Assembly (NCBI GenBank): GCA_035623215.1
Contig: DASPTW010000042.1
Location: 31,717 to 95,716 of the forward strand
Source: Candidatus Acidiferrum sp.
GTDB taxonomy: Bacteria > Acidobacteriota > Terriglobia > Acidiferrales > UBA7541
DNA: 64,000 nt
Direction of reading: 5' to 3'
The notes under the pieces were generated by a model. That model worked only from the letters and a program-made list of their open reading frames with translations. It had not been told where the DNA came from and did no database searches. This document shows positions 26,592 through 37,193 of this stretch, piece after piece (position 1 is the first letter of the stretch; every line of letters starts with the position of its first letter). A program made the position numbers and the translations under genes.

Positions 26592-27311
26592 TCAACTCTC
26601 TCCGTAAACGGGGATCGCCGCGCCGTGAATGACCTTGGCGTCGTCGCTGCACAGGAACAAGATGACGCGCGCGATTTCTTCAGGCTTTGGCCACTTCGAG
26701 AAATCCGCGTTAGGCATTGCTTTGCGGTTGGCTTCCGTGTCAATGATGCTCGGCAGGATGGAATTGACGCGCACGCCCGTGCCCTTCACGTCAGCCGCAA
26801 GAGAATCCATCATCGCCAATGCCGCAGCCTTGGACGCGGCGTAAGCGGAAGCGCCGGCAGCATGATCGAACGCGGCCTTTGCCGCAACGTTCACAATCGC
26901 GCCCCGCCCCTGTTTCAGCATCGCGCGTACCGCGGCTCGCGAGAGCGCATAGCCCGAACGAAGATTCAAAGCTAGCATCTGCTCGAAAACTCTCGTGTCC
27001 ATTTCCCAGAGCTTCAGTCCGCCCGCATAACCTCCCACCGTATTCACAAGCGCGTCCAGCCGGCCGTGTTTGGCGAGGATTTTTTCGATGAGCTGGCGCA
27101 CCGCCGCTTCATCGGTGACGTCGACGCTGTGGCCTTCCAGGCGCGCAGAGTTCGTGGCAGCCGCCGTCTGGGTGGCGTCCCATTCGGGCTGACTGCGGTA
27201 GGTAACGACGACCTCCGCGCCTTCGTCCAGAAACGCCAGCGTCACCGCGCGCCCCAAGCCGCCGGTCCCGCCTGCCACTAAAACTACCCTTCCATCGAAT
27301 CTCACGCTCAT
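26592..27311 (-). CDS. SDR family oxidoreductase
   Basis: GGTGGLG, YAASK, RVNSILP. Confidence 0.93.
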   Translation of the reverse strand: MSVRFDGRVVLVAGGTGGLGRAVTLAFLDEGAEVVVTYRSQPEWDATQTAAATNSARLEGHSVDVTDEAAVRQLIEKILAKHGRLDALVNTVGGYAGGLKLWEMDTRVFEQMLALNLRSGYALSRAAVRAMLKQGRGAIVNVAAKAAFDHAAGASAYAASKAAALAMMDSLAADVKGTGVRVNSILPSIIDTEANRKAMPNADFSKWPKPEEIARVILFLCSDDAKVIHGAAIPVYGES

Positions 27312-27345
27312 TACTACACCTCGTTGCTCCGGGCTTCCTCTGAAG

Positions 27346-27816
27346 TCATGGCTGTTTCCGATCCACCCACTTCGTCATCAGGAACCGATCGTGATCTTCA
27401 TAACCGGTTCGACGATAAAGCTCGAGCGCGGGATCATTTCCATCGTCCACTTCCAGGTGAATCGCGTTGACGCCCATCTCGCGCGCCATTTGTTCCACAT
27501 ATTCGACAGCCCGGCGGCCAAAGCCGCGCCGCCGATACGCCGGGGCGATATACAACTCATCGATGAAGGCATCATGGCCATGGAATTCAAAGCTAAAGCC
27601 GATGGTCAAAATGATGTACCCGGCGAGGTCGACGCCGTCGAAAACCAGCCAGATTCTTCCAAATTGCGGCAGCGTCAAAAATCTTCGAAACGTGGCGCGC
27701 GCAATCGCCTCGTCAAAAACAATTTTGCCGGGCTCTTGCTCGGCGAGGCTGCGCATCATGGGCATGAGCGCGGCTTCATCTTGCAAAGCCGCTTCTCGAA
27801 ATTCCAATTCCGGCAA
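27346..27816 (-). CDS. GNAT N-acetyltransferase
   Basis: IDELYI…YRRRGFG, N..ALELY..GY. Confidence 0.9.
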   Translation of the reverse strand: MPELEFREAALQDEAALMPMMRSLAEQEPGKIVFDEAIARATFRRFLTLPQFGRIWLVFDGVDLAGYIILTIGFSFEFHGHDAFIDELYIAPAYRRRGFGRRAVEYVEQMAREMGVNAIHLEVDDGNDPALELYRRTGYEDHDRFLMTKWVDRKQP

Positions 27817-27817
27817 A

Positions 27818-30583
27818 TTATTCCCCGCTTTGTTCGATGAGCTTGGCTACCAAGCCGGTCCAGCCCGTCTGATGGCTGGCGCCGATGCCGGCACCATTAT
27901 CGCCGTGGAAATATTCGTAGAAAAGAATCAAATCGCGCCAATAGGGATCGGTATTGTAAACCTCTTCTCCCCCCGCCACGGGGCGCCGCCCTTTCGCATC
28001 GCGCAGGAAAATGCGAATCAAGCGGCGCGAAATCTCCGCAGCCACCTGCCAGAGGTCCGCTTCGTTATTGGAATGCGTGGGGCACTCGACTCGGAAATCC
28101 TCGCCGTAATAATGGTGAAATTTCTGCAGCGATTCGACCAGCAAATAATTCACGGGAAACCAGATGGGACCGCGCCAGTTCGAATTGCCTCCAAACAGGC
28201 CCGTCGTGGATTCCGCCGGCTCGTATTGAACGCGATTCTCATTTCCGTTGACGTTTACTTCGTACGGATGATCTTTGTGGTAGCGGGACAGCGCGCGGAC
28301 ACCATACGGAGACAGAAACTCGTTTTCATCCAGCATTCGCGCGAGCACGCGCTTCAATTGTTTGCGGTTCACCAGCGACAGCAGCCGCCGCACGCCGCGC
28401 GCCGACCGTTGCGTCATTTCAATGTGTTCCGGCACGTCCGCATGATTGTCGACAAACCACTGCATGCGGCGCTTGAATCCCGGCAAGCGGTCGACGATTT
28501 CCGGCTCCAGCGTCTCCACTCCGAACAGCGGGATGAGCCCCACCATCGAGCGAATCTTGAGGAAGTGCTGGCTGCCCTCGGGCAAGCGCAGCACATCGTA
28601 GTAAAAGCCGTCTTCGTTGTCCCACAGCGCCATGCCATCCACGCCGATGTCATTCATTGCGTGCGCGATGTAGACGAAGTGCTCGAAAAATTTGCTGGCC
28701 ACGTCTTCATAAGCTGGATCTTCCTTGGCCAGCTCCAGCGCCATGGCCAGCATGTTCAGGCAGTACATGCCCATCCAGCTTGTCCCATCGGATTGCTCGA
28801 GATGACCTCCCGTGGGCAATGGCGCGGAGCGGTCGAACACTCCGATATTGTCGAGCCCGAGGAAACCGCCCTGAAAAATGTTCGCGCCGTCGGGATCTTT
28901 CCGGTTCACCCACCAGGTGAAATTCAGAAGCAGCTTATGGAAGATTTTCTCCAGAAAACCGCGGTCCGCCACACCGCGAACGCGCCGCTCGATTTTGTAC
29001 ACGCGCCACGCAGCCCACGCGTGCACCGGAGGGTTCACGTCACCAAAAGCCCATTCGTAAGCGGGCAATTGTCCGTTGGGATGCATGTACCATTCGCGTA
29101 GCAACAAAATCAGCTGGTCTTTGGCGAAATCGGGATCGATAAGCGCGAGCGAAATGCAATGGAACGCCAAATCCCAAGCTGCATACCACGGATACTCCCA
29201 CTTGTCAGGCATGGAAATAACGTCGTCGTTGTAAAGGTGCGTCCAGTCTTTGTTGCGGCCCCTCCAGCGGTCTGCGGAAGGTTTGGGACTGGCGGGATCG
29301 CCTTCGAGCCAGGTGCGCACGTCGTAATGATAAAACTGCTTCGACCACAGCATGCCGGCAAAGGCCTGGCGCATTACCGCCCTGGCATCGGCAGAAATGT
29401 GCTTTTGAATCCGCGAATCGTAAAACTCATCCGCTTCCTTTTGCCGCGCCGCAAACACTCCATCAAACCCTTCCTCGAAATCGTCCGTGGCGGGAACACC
29501 CTCACCGCGTTCGGCATGGCCCGGAGAAGTGATAATGCCAGCAGCGGCGCCTGACTCGCTATTCATGCTGCCAAGGGGCTCGAGGTCGGTGAGGCGTAGT
29601 TTTAGAGTAGCCGAAGCGCCTGCATCCAGAAGCAGAGGATAGTGCGCGGCCACTTTTGTGCCCATCAACTCTGGATTGACCGCTGCTTTATTGCCGCGGA
29701 TCACGTACTCGTGAAACGCATCCTTGACGTAGGGCGAGCGGCTCCGGAAGTTGAAAACCCTCTCGTAGTTCGTTTCGTTTTCGGTGAATAGCAGCTCGGA
29801 CGTTCCGGCGCAAAGAAGCCAGCGTTTGCCATATTGCCAGTGCTGCAATTCCACGCATGCGCTGCCGGGAAAGCTCGCGGCTTTTCTCGCCATCGGGCGG
29901 CGCAGGTCCTTGCCCCAAGACCACGTATTGCGAAACCAGAATTGCGGCAGGACGTGCAGCTTCGCGGCTTCCGGCCCGCGATTTACCGCGGTGATTCGGA
30001 TCAGAATGTCTTCGATATCCGCTTTGGCATACTCGACAAACAGATCGAAGTAGCGGTTCTCGGAAAAAATGCCGGTGTCGAGCAATTCGAATTCCGGCTG
30101 GCCGCGGCCCCGGCGCTGGTTTTCTTCGACGAGCAATTCATACGGAAATTCCGCCTGCGGATACTTATACAGCATGCGCATGTAGCTATGCGTAGGAGTC
30201 GAGTCCAGGTAAAAGTAGCACTCCTTGACGTCTTCGCCGTGATTGCCCTGATTCCCTGTCAAGCCAAAGAGACGCTCTTTCAGGATGGCATCGCGGCCAT
30301 TCCAGAGCGCCAGCCCAAAGCACATCAATTGGTGGCGGTCGCTGATTCCCCCAATGCCATCTTCGCCCCAACGATACGCCCGCGATCGCGCGTGTTCGTG
30401 CGGAAAGAACTCCCAGGCCGTTCCGCCGGCGCTGTAGTCTTCGCGCACCGTTCCCCACTGGCGTTCCGAAAGGTACGGTCCCCAGCGCTTCCAGTACTTT
30501 TTGCGGGTGCGCGATTCTTCGAGGCGGCGGTCTTCCGTCGTTTGGATGCGTGACATGGCGCTGGCCTTTAAGGGAAAGCTCAC
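27818..30583 (-). CDS. GH63 / MGH1-like glycoside hydrolase (glucosidase)
   Basis: [57 protein letters not shown]. Confidence 0.9.
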   Translation of the reverse strand: MSFPLKASAMSRIQTTEDRRLEESRTRKKYWKRWGPYLSERQWGTVREDYSAGGTAWEFFPHEHARSRAYRWGEDGIGGISDRHQLMCFGLALWNGRDAILKERLFGLTGNQGNHGEDVKECYFYLDSTPTHSYMRMLYKYPQAEFPYELLVEENQRRGRGQPEFELLDTGIFSENRYFDLFVEYAKADIEDILIRITAVNRGPEAAKLHVLPQFWFRNTWSWGKDLRRPMARKAASFPGSACVELQHWQYGKRWLLCAGTSELLFTENETNYERVFNFRSRSPYVKDAFHEYVIRGNKAAVNPELMGTKVAAHYPLLLDAGASATLKLRLTDLEPLGSMNSESGAAAGIITSPGHAERGEGVPATDDFEEGFDGVFAARQKEADEFYDSRIQKHISADARAVMRQAFAGMLWSKQFYHYDVRTWLEGDPASPKPSADRWRGRNKDWTHLYNDDVISMPDKWEYPWYAAWDLAFHCISLALIDPDFAKDQLILLLREWYMHPNGQLPAYEWAFGDVNPPVHAWAAWRVYKIERRVRGVADRGFLEKIFHKLLLNFTWWVNRKDPDGANIFQGGFLGLDNIGVFDRSAPLPTGGHLEQSDGTSWMGMYCLNMLAMALELAKEDPAYEDVASKFFEHFVYIAHAMNDIGVDGMALWDNEDGFYYDVLRLPEGSQHFLKIRSMVGLIPLFGVETLEPEIVDRLPGFKRRMQWFVDNHADVPEHIEMTQRSARGVRRLLSLVNRKQLKRVLARMLDENEFLSPYGVRALSRYHKDHPYEVNVNGNENRVQYEPAESTTGLFGGNSNWRGPIWFPVNYLLVESLQKFHHYYGEDFRVECPTHSNNEADLWQVAAEISRRLIRIFLRDAKGRRPVAGGEEVYNTDPYWRDLILFYEYFHGDNGAGIGASHQTGWTGLVAKLIEQSGE

Positions 30584-30682
30584 GCTATGGTCGCATTTTT
30601 CGATTAAAAAAGAAGAGAAACGTCAGTAAAAAGGTGTCTGGTCCGGCAAGCCTGGATTCGCAGCCGCGTTCGGAGCGATGTT

Positions 30683-31270
30683 CTACTTGGAAGAAGAGCT
30701 TTGCGGTGATGGCGGCTTAGCGGAGCGCAGTAAGATGATTTTTGTGCCGCCGTCGTCCGTTGCCAGATCGACCACGCGAATTTGATCCCCGCGCTCGCCT
30801 ACAAATGTAATGTCTTCATCCGCGAAATGGGAATTGCGAAACTCTTCTGGAAGTTTTTTGGGTCCGGCATCTTGGCGCGCGAACTCGGCGCTCAGGTGTT
30901 CGAGATACCAATTAAGTACGAACTCGCGCGAAGCATTCGTGTGATAGGTGCTCGAAACCACTTGCGGCTGATCAATCCCAACCTCGGCAAGGCGCGCCGC
31001 CTCCGGGCCTGGAAGCACCAGACTTGCTGCGGGATAAACCGGTAGCCCTGGCCCGACTTGCTGAGCCTTTTCCAGCCTGTAGTCTCCGATGGGCGTACGT
31101 ACCGTCGTCTTATCGCTGGAAGAACGCAGCCCGAGGGCGTTGATGACTCGGGAGGCCATTAGCAAGCCTCCCGCAAGGAGCGCGCATACGCCACAGGTCA
31201 TGGCGACCATCATGAAGAGGAGCGACTTGGAGGAAGGGGCTCCCCCCGAACCTGAAGCACTTTTGGCCAT
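30683..31270 (-). CDS. hypothetical membrane-anchored protein
   Basis: One TM helix, then GLPVYPAA and a short alpha/beta domain. Confidence 0.7.
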   Translation of the reverse strand: MAKSASGSGGAPSSKSLLFMMVAMTCGVCALLAGGLLMASRVINALGLRSSSDKTTVRTPIGDYRLEKAQQVGPGLPVYPAASLVLPGPEAARLAEVGIDQPQVVSSTYHTNASREFVLNWYLEHLSAEFARQDAGPKKLPEEFRNSHFADEDITFVGERGDQIRVVDLATDDGGTKIILLRSAKPPSPQSSSSK

Positions 31271-31383
31271 GACTGAATTTTTCTCCGCGAGCTGCCTGAG
31301 CGCGCCACGCCAGCGCTAGGAAGCGAACCAAAAAAACCTGCACTACTAATCTCGAAGGGTCCGATCTACTTCATCCCCCACCC

Positions 31384-31418
31384 AAAAAACGCGGCCTCGG
31401 GGCGCACTCGAGGCCGCG
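31384..31418 (-). terminator. rho-independent terminator of the pilin operon
   Basis: CGCGGCCTCG/CGAGGCCGCG stem with A6 on the left (U-tract on the minus strand). Confidence 0.75.
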
Positions 31419-31444
31419 CGAAGCTCCCGGCTGTCATTTACAAA

Positions 31445-34400
31445 TCACTGCGTTGGCAGCATCAATTGGGTGAATCCGGTCGTATTGACGTCGCGGAACA
31501 TCGGCGTTCGCGGCGGCAACAGCGAAGGTGTCAGGAAATTGTTGTCGAACGAATAGCCGCGGTTTGGCGGGCTGTAGTTGTTGCCTCCCGAATTGAAGAG
31601 GCCGCTCGCCTGGCGATTGTAATAAAGGCTGAGGATCGAACCTGTGTAGTTCAAAGTTCCGCCCCAGCTTTCCAGGTAGCGCATGAAGTTGTGCACACCA
31701 CCATCGGTGCCAAAGTCCTGGCTCCCGTCAAGCGCCGTGGTATCCCAGCTTGGAATGGGAAACGAGATTCCTTTTCCGGCTACCACACCAACGCGGTAAT
31801 AGGCTGTGTTCGCGGGACGATTCCCGGCGTTGAACGGGGAGTTGAACGTATTGACGTCGTGCCAGTCGTTCGAGAGGAAGGTGAAAGCGTCAGCCACCAC
31901 GGAGGCTGCCACGTAGGGATCGCTGAATCCATTGCCCGCCGAGTTGGCATTGTAGTCGCCCTGGATGTAGACGGGATTCTCCGCGGCAATGGCAAGACCG
32001 CAGACTACGCCTCCTACGCAGGTGGGCAGGCCGATCAGATTGCCGTTGACCATCTTGACTGCCCGGCGGAAGAGAGGCGAAGGATTCTGACGCCCCTCGT
32101 TTGGATAGACGAGGAAGGTCCTCGGCCACGGCAGCCCACCGTTTGGACCCACGCATAGCGGATCCGCCACCGTTGCCGCGAGAGTGTTGGAGAAGAGTGT
32201 GTTGGCCAGAATGCTTCCGGTGCTATCCACCAGACTCGGTGGGAAAGTAACCGCTCCGTAGGTATAAAGAACTCCGGTACCATCCAGGTCTTCACCGGTG
32301 TCCAGAGTTCCATTCGGGCAACCGTTGACGTCGGAAGAGTCTACGAAATCGCTGTAACCGTATTCACCCGTCTCATGCCCGCCAGGCGAGAGCGGGGGCC
32401 AAGCGCTGGTGAAAGCGCCAGTCGGCGCATAATTGCCACGGCGGTCGGAGATGTACACGACGAAGTTGTTGGGAGCAACGTTGGCATCCTGAGTACTCGG
32501 TCCGCTTGTGCCAATGGTGCCCTTGAACCACCGCGCCAAATTGTTGACGTCCAACTCGACATAGTTCATCAGGCCGCCGAGGGTAACCGAGTTGCTGAAG
32601 TTCGCTGTCCCGCTGGCGACAGTGTAGGTACCAGTCGGCGGGCTTTCCCGGTTGTAGCCTTCCCGAGTATCGAAAAAGACGTTGGGCCAGAAGTCGGAAG
32701 TCGACGGCGTCCAGCCGGCCAGGATGGTCTTGGTGGCGGGATCGACGCCGCATACTTGAGCCACCGTGGACTGATAAGGCAGGTTCTTGCCCGCACCAGA
32801 AGGCACTAGCGCGCCCGTGTTGTAGGCCACCGAAGAGGGATTGTCGCGAATGCGCTCCAGGCGAATTACGGCGTTAGGGTGAGGATCGAGGCAGCTGCCG
32901 GTGTTGAACAAAGCGGCGGTATATGTCCCGCTCGCCAGGGACGCCGAATTCTGATAGTTCAGGACGGCCGTGCCGCCGGTGCCCGGATTGATGGTGGGAA
33001 GCGTCGGGAGGGCCGGGGATACGCCCAGAGCCATGTTCGCGGTCGTGCCGGCCCAATTGGGGTTCAGGTTTGCGCCGTCATACGATTGCGGCATAGGGTT
33101 GATATTCTTGCCCGCGTAACCCAGACTCAGGATTTCCTGCGTAACGTCTTTATATGTACCGCAAGGGTTGCCATAGGCCGTCTGCGCATCGATCTTGATG
33201 TAGCCGGTAATAATTTTGGTTCCGTTGGGCTGCCAGTAGCCATTCCCTCCGTTGACACCTGGCAAGTACGTAGTTGCTCCAGTCGCCGCGCCGGAAGCGC
33301 CTAACGGCAGCGGTGTTGTCCCCGCAGTGGTCATGGCAGTCTTTAGGCTGGTGGCGTTCGTGGTAACCCAACTCGCCACCGGCAGGGCGAGGTCCGCAAG
33401 ATTGAAAGGCGCTCCAGAGCTGACGCAAGGCAGCCCGGTGATATCCGCCGCGTTATCGGAGATCAAAATCCTCAAGCTGGCTTGCGAGAAATAGCGCTCG
33501 CCGAGTACGCCTGGAGCCGAAGTATTCTCTCCGGCAACTGGCCGACGAATGATGTCGATTGGCGATGTGCTGCCCAGAAGAGTAATGGTCAGGTTGAGCG
33601 GCTTCACGCCGTTGCGAAGATTGCCGTTGTAAGAAGCGGAGATCGAAGGCCAGCTCGAATTCGCAGGGCCGCCCAAACATCCCGTCTCGCTGCCTTGTCC
33701 GAAGCCGAGCGCCTGGAAGGCGCTGCCGCCTTTTGTGATTTCAACGCTGCCCGGGTGGTTGCCCGTTGTGGACTGTGGGGCATTATTCGACAGGCAGTCG
33801 CGGATGACTTGGCCGACTACCGTCACTGGGCTCGACAACCAGAGCTGCGTGACGGTCGTCTGCGTGGGCGTGGCGTTTGCCGGCCCGCCGCTGGCCACGA
33901 ACAAGTTGCCGTTGGTGGCCACGCGGCCGCCGAAGTTAAAGTTCGGACCGGGGAAGAAGCTCAAGTCCGTCTGCGAAAAGATGCCGAATTGGAAGAGCGG
34001 GATGCCGACCGTCTGCGTGGTGCGTGTCAACTTGACCTGAGCTCCCGTATTGGTCAAGGCACCCACGGTGAGGGTATAAGTCGTTTCCAATGCTGACATT
34101 CCCTGGTACGCGCTGGAGCCTGAGGTGATTTGCGCGTAGTTAGCCTTGGGATTCCCATTGGTATCCACTGACGACGGAGTGATCGTATAGGTGCTGTTAC
34201 CTTGGGCGTCAACATAGGATACCCCCGTGCTGGCGGGAAGCACAGGAACCTTGGTCGAGACCGTCAGCGCGTTGATCTGGCCAATGGTGGGCGAATAAGT
34301 TGTGCTAAACAGAGTGCCGAGGTCGGCCGTGAGTTTTTCCATACCCGACTCCGCGCCGTAGAACGCCCTCAGCTGGTCGCTATCCATGCCGGAGAGCCTT

Positions 34401-34537
34401 TGCCCTTCCGAGACCAGCAGCATGAAGCCCACGACCATGGCGGCCATGAGCACCAGCAGCAAGAGAGTAGTGATTAGGGCGATGCCCGCTTGCTTTCGCA
34501 TGTGAGTGTTCTCCGATTTCATGGTGCGATTCCTCAT
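31445..34537 (-). CDS. very large PilX-like type IV minor pilin / putative tip adhesin
   Basis: KQAG|IALITTLLLL class III signal lacking Glu5, AFYGAESG PilX motif, ~1000-aa Thr/Gly/Asn/Cys-rich body. Confidence 0.8.
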   Translation of the reverse strand: MRNRTMKSENTHMRKQAGIALITTLLLLVLMAAMVVGFMLLVSEGQRLSGMDSDQLRAFYGAESGMEKLTADLGTLFSTTYSPTIGQINALTVSTKVPVLPASTGVSYVDAQGNSTYTITPSSVDTNGNPKANYAQITSGSSAYQGMSALETTYTLTVGALTNTGAQVKLTRTTQTVGIPLFQFGIFSQTDLSFFPGPNFNFGGRVATNGNLFVASGGPANATPTQTTVTQLWLSSPVTVVGQVIRDCLSNNAPQSTTGNHPGSVEITKGGSAFQALGFGQGSETGCLGGPANSSWPSISASYNGNLRNGVKPLNLTITLLGSTSPIDIIRRPVAGENTSAPGVLGERYFSQASLRILISDNAADITGLPCVSSGAPFNLADLALPVASWVTTNATSLKTAMTTAGTTPLPLGASGAATGATTYLPGVNGGNGYWQPNGTKIITGYIKIDAQTAYGNPCGTYKDVTQEILSLGYAGKNINPMPQSYDGANLNPNWAGTTANMALGVSPALPTLPTINPGTGGTAVLNYQNSASLASGTYTAALFNTGSCLDPHPNAVIRLERIRDNPSSVAYNTGALVPSGAGKNLPYQSTVAQVCGVDPATKTILAGWTPSTSDFWPNVFFDTREGYNRESPPTGTYTVASGTANFSNSVTLGGLMNYVELDVNNLARWFKGTIGTSGPSTQDANVAPNNFVVYISDRRGNYAPTGAFTSAWPPLSPGGHETGEYGYSDFVDSSDVNGCPNGTLDTGEDLDGTGVLYTYGAVTFPPSLVDSTGSILANTLFSNTLAATVADPLCVGPNGGLPWPRTFLVYPNEGRQNPSPLFRRAVKMVNGNLIGLPTCVGGVVCGLAIAAENPVYIQGDYNANSAGNGFSDPYVAASVVADAFTFLSNDWHDVNTFNSPFNAGNRPANTAYYRVGVVAGKGISFPIPSWDTTALDGSQDFGTDGGVHNFMRYLESWGGTLNYTGSILSLYYNRQASGLFNSGGNNYSPPNRGYSFDNNFLTPSLLPPRTPMFRDVNTTGFTQLMLPTQ

Positions 34538-35643
34538 TATTTGTAGGTATCGAAATAGGCCATGCTGCGCAGGGCGACTTGGGTGGCCAAATTGGTGCGC
34601 GTGTATTGATTCGAAAGCGCCGCTACGTTGGTGGTGCGCGCGCCAAGATACACGTTTACCGAGCGAATCTGATTCTCATTATCCGTGCTGGGGACCGTTC
34701 CTTGATTCACCGGTGGCGGGGTAGTGCCATCCACAAGATTGAACGTAAATTGCAGATTCTCGAAAGTTTCCGCAACCGGCTGCGGCGCATTGAAATTGAC
34801 GGCACGCATCAGGCGCGGATGCTTGGGATCGGCGGTTGTATCCAGGTAATAGGTGATCATCCAGATGCGCGTCGCGGACGTGTTGGGATAGGAGCCACCC
34901 GCATTTTGCAGCTGCTTGATGGTGCCCGCAGTTTCGGTGGTGGTGCGTCCATTCAAGTTGAAGGCATCGCCGGAGGCGAAATTCAGAACCTGTCCGGAAA
35001 CGCTGGTTACGGTCTGCAGAATGCCGTTGGAATTGTTGGCGTTGTAGATCATCAGGAGGTCGCCGGGATTGACGGGAATCCCCGCGGAGCCGAGGACGAC
35101 GCAGGTGGAATCAAAAGTGACCGAGGATCCCGTTGCCGTGAGTGAGCCGCCCGGGCAGCCCGTGCCATTGATCGGCTTCGCATCCAGCGCGAGCGTATTG
35201 TCCGAATACAGAGTGGTGATTATGTCCGTGGGTGGACCGCTCGTTCCGTCCGGGCTGGTAACTGTGGGGCCTAGGGCGTTGCCAGGCTCGATGGCGGGGA
35301 GAATCACGTTGCAACCCGCATTTGCGGCATTAGGACCATTGAAGACCAGGGTCAGCACAGCGGGAGGCCGATTGACCTTACCGCCCGTGTTACAGCCGGC
35401 GGCATTCACCGTGTTAGGGATGGAAATGCCGCCTGTAGGAACGCCGGTGCCGGTCTGAACGAGGTCCTGGACAATCAGGTTCAATCCCGCGCGCATGTTG
35501 TCGCTCATGTCCGAGGCTTGCGTTACATTCGTATTGGCTTTGGTGGAATCGCGAAAGAGCATCACCGCCGCCGCCAGCGCGACGGAGGTGACCCCGATCG
35601 CCACGAGCAACTCAATCAAAGTGAAACCAGAATTCCTTTTCAT
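34537..35643 (-). CDS. PilW-like minor pilin
   Basis: G|FTLIELLV N-methylation site; C-terminal VRSVNV…VALR-type motif. Confidence 0.85.
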   Translation of the reverse strand: MKRNSGFTLIELLVAIGVTSVALAAAVMLFRDSTKANTNVTQASDMSDNMRAGLNLIVQDLVQTGTGVPTGGISIPNTVNAAGCNTGGKVNRPPAVLTLVFNGPNAANAGCNVILPAIEPGNALGPTVTSPDGTSGPPTDIITTLYSDNTLALDAKPINGTGCPGGSLTATGSSVTFDSTCVVLGSAGIPVNPGDLLMIYNANNSNGILQTVTSVSGQVLNFASGDAFNLNGRTTTETAGTIKQLQNAGGSYPNTSATRIWMITYYLDTTADPKHPRLMRAVNFNAPQPVAETFENLQFTFNLVDGTTPPPVNQGTVPSTDNENQIRSVNVYLGARTTNVAALSNQYTRTNLATQVALRSMAYFDTYK

Positions 35644-35662
35644 GCTTTCCCTCTCGCCGTCC

Positions 35663-36223
35663 TCAGGAGAATTCCGCGATATAGCTGATGAGCGTGTATT
35701 GACGGAACGTTTTTCCCGCCGTGTAGTTCATGGTGATGGTGACTTGTCGCAGACCGGACTCACCGGGAACGTCAGCGATCACGATGGTGCGCGTCATGTT
35801 CGTCAAAGGCATGACGATGTCATCTGCCGTTCCTAGAATTTTGTCCGGTCCAGGGCCAAGAATGACCGTGTCGGGCTGTGTTGTGACATCATCCGCCGTG
35901 CCATAGAGCCCGTCCGGGCCCGGCGCCAGAAGTGGTTGGGGCCCCACTATAAAAATCCCGTCGCTTGTGCCTCCGGATCCGGTAACGTTTCGGATATTGG
36001 TCCAGGCCAGCACTTTCGAGTCGCGCGCCGCAAAGATGGTTTCCACCGCTTCTTCCGCTTTCTTCTCCGCGATGTAGTCCAATTGCGTCATATTCGCGAC
36101 TTGAATGCCCTGGGCGTAAACCGCGGCTAGCGACAAGATGCCGAACGAGAGAATGGCGATAGCGATCATGGCTTCGAGAAGCGTGAAGCCGGTTTGCTGC
36201 TTGCTTCGCGTTGCGCGGCGCAT
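35663..36223 (-). CDS. PilV-like minor pilin
   Basis: G|FTLLEAMIAIAILSFGIL. Confidence 0.85.
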   Translation of the reverse strand: MRRATRSKQQTGFTLLEAMIAIAILSFGILSLAAVYAQGIQVANMTQLDYIAEKKAEEAVETIFAARDSKVLAWTNIRNVTGSGGTSDGIFIVGPQPLLAPGPDGLYGTADDVTTQPDTVILGPGPDKILGTADDIVMPLTNMTRTIVIADVPGESGLRQVTITMNYTAGKTFRQYTLISYIAEFS

Positions 36224-36232
36224 CGTTCCCCC

Positions 36233-36814
36233 CTATTCCTGCCACTGGGTTCCATCCCAGTGGTATTCGCGAACTCGGCCGGTGGCCCCCAGAATGGTGA
36301 CAGCTCGAGCAGTTAGTGGACTCCCCGTAATGCCCAGGAATGCTGTGCCGTTCACGTAGTTGTTGTTTCCATCAATGAAGGCACCGTTGGTGGTGAATTT
36401 CATGATGGGAGGGCCGCCGGAAGCATTTTCAAAGTAAATAGCGGCGCCATTTCCAAATCCCATCGGCGTGTCCGGAACCGCCGGGGAGGAAGTAAACAGC
36501 ATGTATTGCGCGCCCCCTTCAAAGGTGTAAGTGAGCGGTGCCGGAGGGGTTCCCGTTACCCAAAGCTCCGAGATGGTCAGTTGGTTTGTGCCCACGAACT
36601 GGACCTGGACTTCCCGGCGGTGTGCGATGGCCTGTTCGCGTGCGGTGCGCAACCGGTACAGCAACTGATCCATGGCTGAGTTCGCTTTTGCATTCGGCAG
36701 GATGGTGGTCCACTTAATCATCGCCATCGCCAGAACGATGAAAATAATGGCGACGGCGACGAGAGTTTCAATCGCGGAAAAACCCGTCTGAGATCTCTCT
36801 TGCTGCTTTTTCAT
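36233..36814 (-). CDS. FimT/FimU (GspH)-like minor pilin
   Basis: G|FSAIETLV; LRTAREQAI…V.V.F; C-terminal ATGRVR. Confidence 0.85.
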   Translation of the reverse strand: MKKQQERSQTGFSAIETLVAVAIIFIVLAMAMIKWTTILPNAKANSAMDQLLYRLRTAREQAIAHRREVQVQFVGTNQLTISELWVTGTPPAPLTYTFEGGAQYMLFTSSPAVPDTPMGFGNGAAIYFENASGGPPIMKFTTNGAFIDGNNNYVNGTAFLGITGSPLTARAVTILGATGRVREYHWDGTQWQE

Positions 36815-37193
36815 GCTTTACTCCAAGCGATTTCTGCCGCCAAAAACACCTGTTGGCAGCTTACAAAATGCACGAGTACGCCCAAAGATATACGCAGGTT
36901 AAGCCGTGTATTTGTATAGATTTACGAAGGATGGGGCTTGCCGGATTTGGCATGGATTGTTACGAAAAGTTACAAAGCGCGTTGTCAGAAGTCTCGAATC
37001 GAGTATCTGTACGTAGTATTCGGAAAAAGCTCCTTGGAGTGTGGCGGACCTCGAGAGACTTCTTGATGGCAAAAGCCTGGTTCGCGGCGTGGAAGCTCGG
37101 AACTGGGCGAAACCGGAGGTTCACAACTTTCGTTGTATTCTAGGTGCTTCCTACTGCATCCATGCTTTGAGCGCATTCTCTGAGGAGACGACG

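Noticed and set aside
27467-29101. 544-aa plus-strand ORF
   Set aside because: Antisense shadow of the GH63 and GNAT genes
36820-36970. sigma54 promoter for the pilin operon or htrA
   Set aside because: The TGGC candidates do not give the required GG-N10-GC spacing
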